Source: Thermoplasmatales archaeon (GTDB taxonomy: Archaea; Thermoplasmatota; E2; DHVEG-1). From it: a stretch of 64,000 nt of DNA. Shown here piece by piece: positions 59,212 through 64,000 of the stretch. The number at the start of each line of letters is the position of its first letter. Positions within the stretch are counted from its first letter, which is position 1. Location of the stretch: contig CP070724.1 in assembly GCA_020350825.1 (NCBI GenBank), positions 1,185,602 through 1,249,601 on the forward strand, given 5' to 3'. The notes under the pieces were generated by a model. The model had not been told where the DNA came from and did not search any database. It worked only from the letters and a program-made list of their open reading frames with translations. The translations under genes were made by a program, and so were the position numbers.

Positions 59212-60363
59212 GTGAAGATAGGTATTGTAGGAATAGGTCATGGTAAATTTGGAAACCGCAGCGATGCCACTGTACAAGAACTAGCTTTCGAACCATTCAA
59301 ACAAGCAATCGAAGATACTGAAAACCTTAGAAGAAAAGATATCAATGCGTTGATTGTCGGCTCAGTACCAGAATACCACATGCAACGATCACTCCCCGGT
59401 GTTGTAGCAGAGTATGTAGGTATGAACCCTAAATCCACATGGCTCACCGAAGCAGCTTGTGCCTCTGGTAGCGCAGCTATCAGAACAGCATACATGGCTA
59501 TAAAATCAGGGATGCATGATATTGTAGCAGTTATTGGAGTTCAAAAGATGAGAGAGCTTTCCACTCAGGAAATTTTAGCTCTAATGGGAAGAGTTGGAGA
59601 TGTACAATGGGAATCAATATTCGGTACTACATTCCCTGGTTACTATGCGCTCTATGCTAATAGGCATATGTACCAATTCGGTACGACAAAAGAGCAGATA
59701 GCGCAAGTTGCAGTTAAGAACCACTATTATGGTTCATTGAATCCAAATGCATATTTCCAAAAAGAAGTTACAATGGAAAAAATACTGGGCTCTGACGATG
59801 TAGCATATCCACTTAAAGTCTTCGACTGCTGTGCCAATGCAGATGGTGCTGCATGTATCCTTATGACTAATGAAAAGTTAGCTAAAAAATTCACTGACAC
59901 ACCTATATGGTTTGAAGGTCTTGGCTCAGCATCTGCACAGATGTCTGTTCTCCGCAGACCAAATCTTGTTGAGATACCTAGTGCAGTAGAAGCTGCAAAA
60001 CAAGCATATGCACAGGTAGGTGTCAAGCCATCTGATATTCAGGTTGCAGAGGTACATGACTGCTTTACTATCGCAGAGATTATGGCATATGAAGATCTTG
60101 GTTTTTGTTCCAAAGGCAAAGGTGGAAAGTTTATAGAAGAGAAGCAATCTTACATCGGTGGTAAATCACCAGTCAATGTAGATGGAGGACTAAAAGCAAA
60201 GGGTCATCCTGTTGGTGCCACTGGTGTTTCAATGACTATAGAAATCGTGAAACAACTTCGAGGAGATGCAGGAAAAAGACAAGTCACTGGTGCTGAAATT
60301 GGACTAACCCATAACGTTGGGGGGATAGGGCAATACACCTTTGTACATATACTTAGGAGGTAA
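59212..60363 (+). CDS. Archaeal-type thiolase
   Basis: EAACASG, VKNH, DGAA, EVHDCF, KGHPVGATG, HNVGG. Confidence 0.92.
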   Translation: MKIGIVGIGHGKFGNRSDATVQELAFEPFKQAIEDTENLRRKDINALIVGSVPEYHMQRSLPGVVAEYVGMNPKSTWLTEAACASGSAAIRTAYMAIKSGMHDIVAVIGVQKMRELSTQEILALMGRVGDVQWESIFGTTFPGYYALYANRHMYQFGTTKEQIAQVAVKNHYYGSLNPNAYFQKEVTMEKILGSDDVAYPLKVFDCCANADGAACILMTNEKLAKKFTDTPIWFEGLGSASAQMSVLRRPNLVEIPSAVEAAKQAYAQVGVKPSDIQVAEVHDCFTIAEIMAYEDLGFCSKGKGGKFIEEKQSYIGGKSPVNVDGGLKAKGHPVGATGVSMTIEIVKQLRGDAGKRQVTGAEIGLTHNVGGIGQYTFVHILRR

Positions 60364-60368
60364 AAATA

Positions 60369-60788
60369 ATGCCATTCAAATATTTTGGAAAAATTAATTT
60401 TACACCCTATACTAAGGTAGATAAATTTGCTGACTATCTTCAAAAAGGAAAACTTATGGGCACACATTGTAAAAAATGTGGAGAGAAGTATTTTCCTCCA
60501 AGAGCCGATTGTATTAAATGTTTGAGTGATGATGTAAAATGGATAGAATATTCAGGGCGGGGCACACTTCATAGTTATACAAAAATAAATGCTGCCCCAA
60601 AAGGATTCGATGATATAGCTCCATACATATTGGGTGTTGTTGACCTTGAAGAAGGTGGACGACTGATATCATGGATAGGGGACATCCCAGATGACGATAT
60701 TAAAATTGGTATGGAGATCAAGGTTGTACCACGTATCTTTGAGGAAATCGAGGAAATTAAACTCTATTACACAATTGAAAAACCGTGA
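60369..60788 (+). CDS. DUF35 Zn-ribbon/OB-fold thiolase partner
   Basis: CKKCG...PPRADC..C, GRGTLHSYT, PY..GVVDL. Confidence 0.92.
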   Translation: MPFKYFGKINFTPYTKVDKFADYLQKGKLMGTHCKKCGEKYFPPRADCIKCLSDDVKWIEYSGRGTLHSYTKINAAPKGFDDIAPYILGVVDLEEGGRLISWIGDIPDDDIKIGMEIKVVPRIFEEIEEIKLYYTIEKP

Positions 60789-60851
60789 AGTAAACATATA
60801 CTATGGTAAATAGAAAACTGCTAGTTTCAAATAACATCTTATTCTTTTTCA

Positions 60852-61685
60852 TCAAGTCTGTATCCTTAGGACCTTCTCTGCATTTCTATAAAGTATTTTT
60901 TCAATTGTTGTCTTTGTAATAGTTAAAGAGCACAACGCATCGATATTCTCTTTAATACTTTTTACTCCAGGCCAGTCTGAACCAAAAATAATCTTATCTG
61001 CATTCTTCTCCAATTCTGGAAAATATTGCAATAATTTTTGAGGAGGCAGTCCAGAAATCTCCATATATAGGTTCTTGTGGAGTCTTGAAAGAAAAAACGC
61101 TCTATCATACCAGAAGCCACGCCCACTATGAGCCATTACAATCTTAAGCTCTGGAAAATCTGTTGACACCTCATCAAGATGCAGGGGATCTCCATACTTT
61201 AGTTTTGAATTCCTATATATCGATGAACCTGTATGGAACATTATTGGCACATCGAGCTCTACAGCTTTTTCATATAAGGGATAAATTTCTCTCTGATTCG
61301 GAAAAAAGTGTTGATAGGTTGGATAAAGCTTCAATCCTCGAAATCCCATTTTCCTTACACACTTCTCTAGTGATTCCTCAGGATTTGGTATTGTTCCAGG
61401 ATTAATAGATGCAAAAGGGATAAATCTTTTCCGACCTTTACAAAAACTATGTACATAACTGTTTGCCACCACACCAGTAGTAAGCGGAGAATCTTCCGCT
61501 AGAATAACAGCATAATCAATACCCTCCTTAACTAGATATTCTTCTAGTCCATCAGGGCTCATGAGCTTGTCGAAGGCCTTGGATAGGTAGGGATTAATCT
61601 CGCTAAGATACTCTATCACCCATGGATGCCAATCTTCTTTTCTCCCAATATGAACATGAAAATCAATAACCATTCCTGCATACAC
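60852..61685 (-). CDS. Amidohydrolase family 2 protein
   Basis: IDFHVH, GLKLYP, FHTG, AHSG, FGSDWP. Confidence 0.9.
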   Translation of the reverse strand: MYAGMVIDFHVHIGRKEDWHPWVIEYLSEINPYLSKAFDKLMSPDGLEEYLVKEGIDYAVILAEDSPLTTGVVANSYVHSFCKGRKRFIPFASINPGTIPNPEESLEKCVRKMGFRGLKLYPTYQHFFPNQREIYPLYEKAVELDVPIMFHTGSSIYRNSKLKYGDPLHLDEVSTDFPELKIVMAHSGRGFWYDRAFFLSRLHKNLYMEISGLPPQKLLQYFPELEKNADKIIFGSDWPGVKSIKENIDALCSLTITKTTIEKILYRNAEKVLRIQT

Positions 61686-61699
61686 AGACGCAGCTCCTT

Positions 61700-62836
61700 T
61701 TACTCAGTCTTCTTTGGTTTTGGAAGAACTGCTTCTTTCAGCTCATCATCAAACGAATGTCCCTCTGCCAGCAATCTTCGATATTTCACAAAATCTATGA
61801 CATCTTCACCGGTTACTTTTCTACTATTAAAAGCATGAAATCCAAGAAATGCCTCAGTTGACATGTTAGCAGCGAGCCAATGGCGGTTCGCGAGCTTTGT
61901 TTGATCCCAAAAGAACTTCTTTTTCATCCTTATGCCATCAATGGATTTAATAAGGCAGCCGGGCATGAGATTAGTATAAGTCCAAACCATATCATCTACT
62001 GCTTTATCTAATAGTTCAAAGTCTACAGGATTAGATTTAACAAATTCTCTTGCTTTTTTGAACTCTTCTCCCTTGAGGAACTCACCGTATACAATTTCAC
62101 CATTATCTAAATATTTATCAGTAATAATAATTGGATTTCTCACGAATTTCTTACCTTGCTTCAGTACTGGCACTACCCTACTGATGAGACCAACTCGTTT
62201 CATTTTATAGGCCGACCACAACTCACAAGAAATACAGTTCCACATTGCATCTTCAATTCCAAGATACCAAGGAAGAAAGTCTGTAGAACCACCATCAGGT
62301 GCAGAACCATGTCGAGGGCCAGCCTGACCAAATACAGCTAAATCTGATGAGGCTGCAAGATCGCAAGCCATACCAATCTCCTGCCCACCAGCAACTCGCA
62401 TACCATTCACACGGCATATAGTCGGTTTTTTACAATTCAGAATTGAATCAACCATACCATTGAAAAGATCCATGTATTTGCCATATTCATCTGGCCTTCC
62501 ACTGTAGTATTCAGCATATTCCTTGGTGTTTCCTCCAGTACAGAAAGCCTTATCTCCTACGGCAGTAAATATAGCTGCTACCACGCTACGATCCATTGAC
62601 GCCTTATGAAACCCTGCAGTAACACCCTTCACCATATCGGTGGTGTATGAGTTATATTGTTTTGGATTATTTAATATAATCCAGGCAGAATTCAGCCCCT
62701 TTATAATGTTTCCTTCAGGGTCGACTACGGGTTTCAATTCGTAAATTATGCTGGGGGGTTCACGGCTGAAATATTCGTCGCCCCATAAATCATGATTTTT
62801 CAATTCATTATCTCTCGGTAACCATTCTAAGGTCAT
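61700..62836 (-). CDS. oah: 6-oxocyclohex-1-ene-1-carbonyl-CoA hydrolase (ring-opening; Oah/BzdY/BamA)
   Basis: LNNPKQYNSYTT, FCTGGNTKEYAEYY, RVNGMR..GGQE, GQAGPRHGSAPDGG, WLAANM.TEA. Confidence 0.92.
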   Translation of the reverse strand: MTLEWLPRDNELKNHDLWGDEYFSREPPSIIYELKPVVDPEGNIIKGLNSAWIILNNPKQYNSYTTDMVKGVTAGFHKASMDRSVVAAIFTAVGDKAFCTGGNTKEYAEYYSGRPDEYGKYMDLFNGMVDSILNCKKPTICRVNGMRVAGGQEIGMACDLAASSDLAVFGQAGPRHGSAPDGGSTDFLPWYLGIEDAMWNCISCELWSAYKMKRVGLISRVVPVLKQGKKFVRNPIIITDKYLDNGEIVYGEFLKGEEFKKAREFVKSNPVDFELLDKAVDDMVWTYTNLMPGCLIKSIDGIRMKKKFFWDQTKLANRHWLAANMSTEAFLGFHAFNSRKVTGEDVIDFVKYRRLLAEGHSFDDELKEAVLPKPKKTE

Positions 62837-62954
62837 TTTAATCCTCCCGTTATACTAACAGTTTTATCTCAGAGCAGAATGACATAACAATATTTAGCCT
62901 TTACTAAAACATGAGAATATTACAATTTTCGAAAAGATATTGAGTAAGTTCTTA

Positions 62955-63998
62955 TTAAACAACAAGCATCCAGAGTTCACATCCCTCTTGTGGTATAAGG
63001 AGTCTTGTACTTACTATTTTAAATGTTCCAACAACAATATTCCCACTCTCACGTGGGTATTCTATCATCGACCGTGCACCTTCATTTTTTATATTACCAA
63101 AACCGTTAGGGGGTATTCCATCATTACCATCCTTTACAACAGGTGTCCAATTTGTTCCATTATAACACCAGATTTCACATCCTTCAGTTTTGGGTTCAAT
63201 AAAATTAATAAACTTACCATTTGCAGTGCCAACCCATAGCTTGTTATCTGACGATACAATCATAGACCAAACGTACTTATTCATAGGATTTCCGAATCCG
63301 CTATATTCAATATCGTTCTTTTTTATCCCCGGAACATTAGCGCTGATAATAGGAGTCCAATGAGTACCATCGTATTTCCAGATTTCACATCCTTTATTGC
63401 GGATAATATTTGCGGCTGTACCAACATATAACTCATTGTTATATACTACCATTTTTCGGATACCGTAATTCTCACGTTCACCAAAGCCATCCTTAAAAAC
63501 CCCAGTAACTCCTGTTGAAAGATTTACTTTATTCCAATGTATTCCCTCGCTAGTCCGCCATAGTTGACAACCCATTCCAGCTTGAGCAAATAATCTGTAT
63601 CGGGCGTTAAATGTTCCTACATATAATTGATTTTGGAATACATCCATATCCCATGCATATGTATTTGTTACTCCCACCAAACGGTCTAGTGTTGACATAT
63701 TAGATTTGAATCCCTTTGTAACTAAGTTTTCCCAATGTACGCCATCCTGTGTTCGCCAGATTTCACAGCCACCATTTTGGGAAAAATCCCAATTCATTGT
63801 ACCCGCGTAGAGGTAATCGTTAAATTCTTCCATACTCCAGATAGCAACATTATTGAAGTTACCAAATCCACCTTTCATTATAGGAGCATTATTTCCAACT
63901 ACTTGTTCCCATAACGTGCCATCATAACGCCAGATTTCACCTCCTTTTCGATGAGGATCCCTCAAGCTTCCAATAGAAGTGCTCCATGTTCCCACATA
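62955..63998 (-). CDS. Repeat (beta-propeller-like) protein, 5' part beyond the window
   Basis: Recurring LYVGT...G(C/G)EIW(R/K)..DG..W and GFG(N/E)..N units; frame open to the window end. Confidence 0.75.
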   Translation of the reverse strand, partial: YVGTWSTSIGSLRDPHRKGGEIWRYDGTLWEQVVGNNAPIMKGGFGNFNNVAIWSMEEFNDYLYAGTMNWDFSQNGGCEIWRTQDGVHWENLVTKGFKSNMSTLDRLVGVTNTYAWDMDVFQNQLYVGTFNARYRLFAQAGMGCQLWRTSEGIHWNKVNLSTGVTGVFKDGFGERENYGIRKMVVYNNELYVGTAANIIRNKGCEIWKYDGTHWTPIISANVPGIKKNDIEYSGFGNPMNKYVWSMIVSSDNKLWVGTANGKFINFIEPKTEGCEIWCYNGTNWTPVVKDGNDGIPPNGFGNIKNEGARSMIEYPRESGNIVVGTFKIVSTRLLIPQEGCELWMLVV

Positions 63999-64000
63999 CA

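Noticed and set aside
1-64000. CRISPR arrays, rRNA genes, transposases
   Set aside because: No regularly spaced repeats, rRNA-like segments or transposase motifs were seen by eye

Overview
AT-rich archaeal chromosomal DNA. The archaeal assignment rests on the rps13-rps4-rps11-rpoD operon, Sm-L37e, a PUA protein, PolB2, geranylgeranyl reductase and thiolase+DUF35. Gene style and the many signal-peptide ORFs suggest an anaerobic sediment Thermoplasmatota such as MBG-D/Thermoprofundales, which is inference. Main content: (1) a branched-chain amino-acid ABC transporter; (2) a five-gene DNA-damage-tolerance cassette of inactive RadA-like protein, small helical protein, PolB2, PD-(D/E)XK nuclease and SRAP/HMCES, organised like a bacterial imuABC mutasome; (3) housekeeping genes and tRNA-Pro(CGG), overlapped antisense by an unannotated CcdA-like/int(N)-like frame; (4) short islands of secreted proteins sharing duplicated promoter blocks; (5) leucine catabolism genes; (6) a large anaerobic acyl-CoA/aromatic catabolism region with a 2-hydroxyacyl-CoA dehydratase module, tungsten AOR, TrpB2, Bzd-type benzoyl-CoA reductase (bzdNOPQ, bzdM, bzdV), oah and thiolase. 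Other notable items are an HMG-CoA-reductase-fold protein with essentially all catalytic motifs replaced plus a zinc-ribbon insertion, an apparent ATA start codon for bzdN, and a DUF2080-GNAT pair with a perfect palindrome heading the bzd operon. All calls come from reading motifs by eye; no database searches were run.
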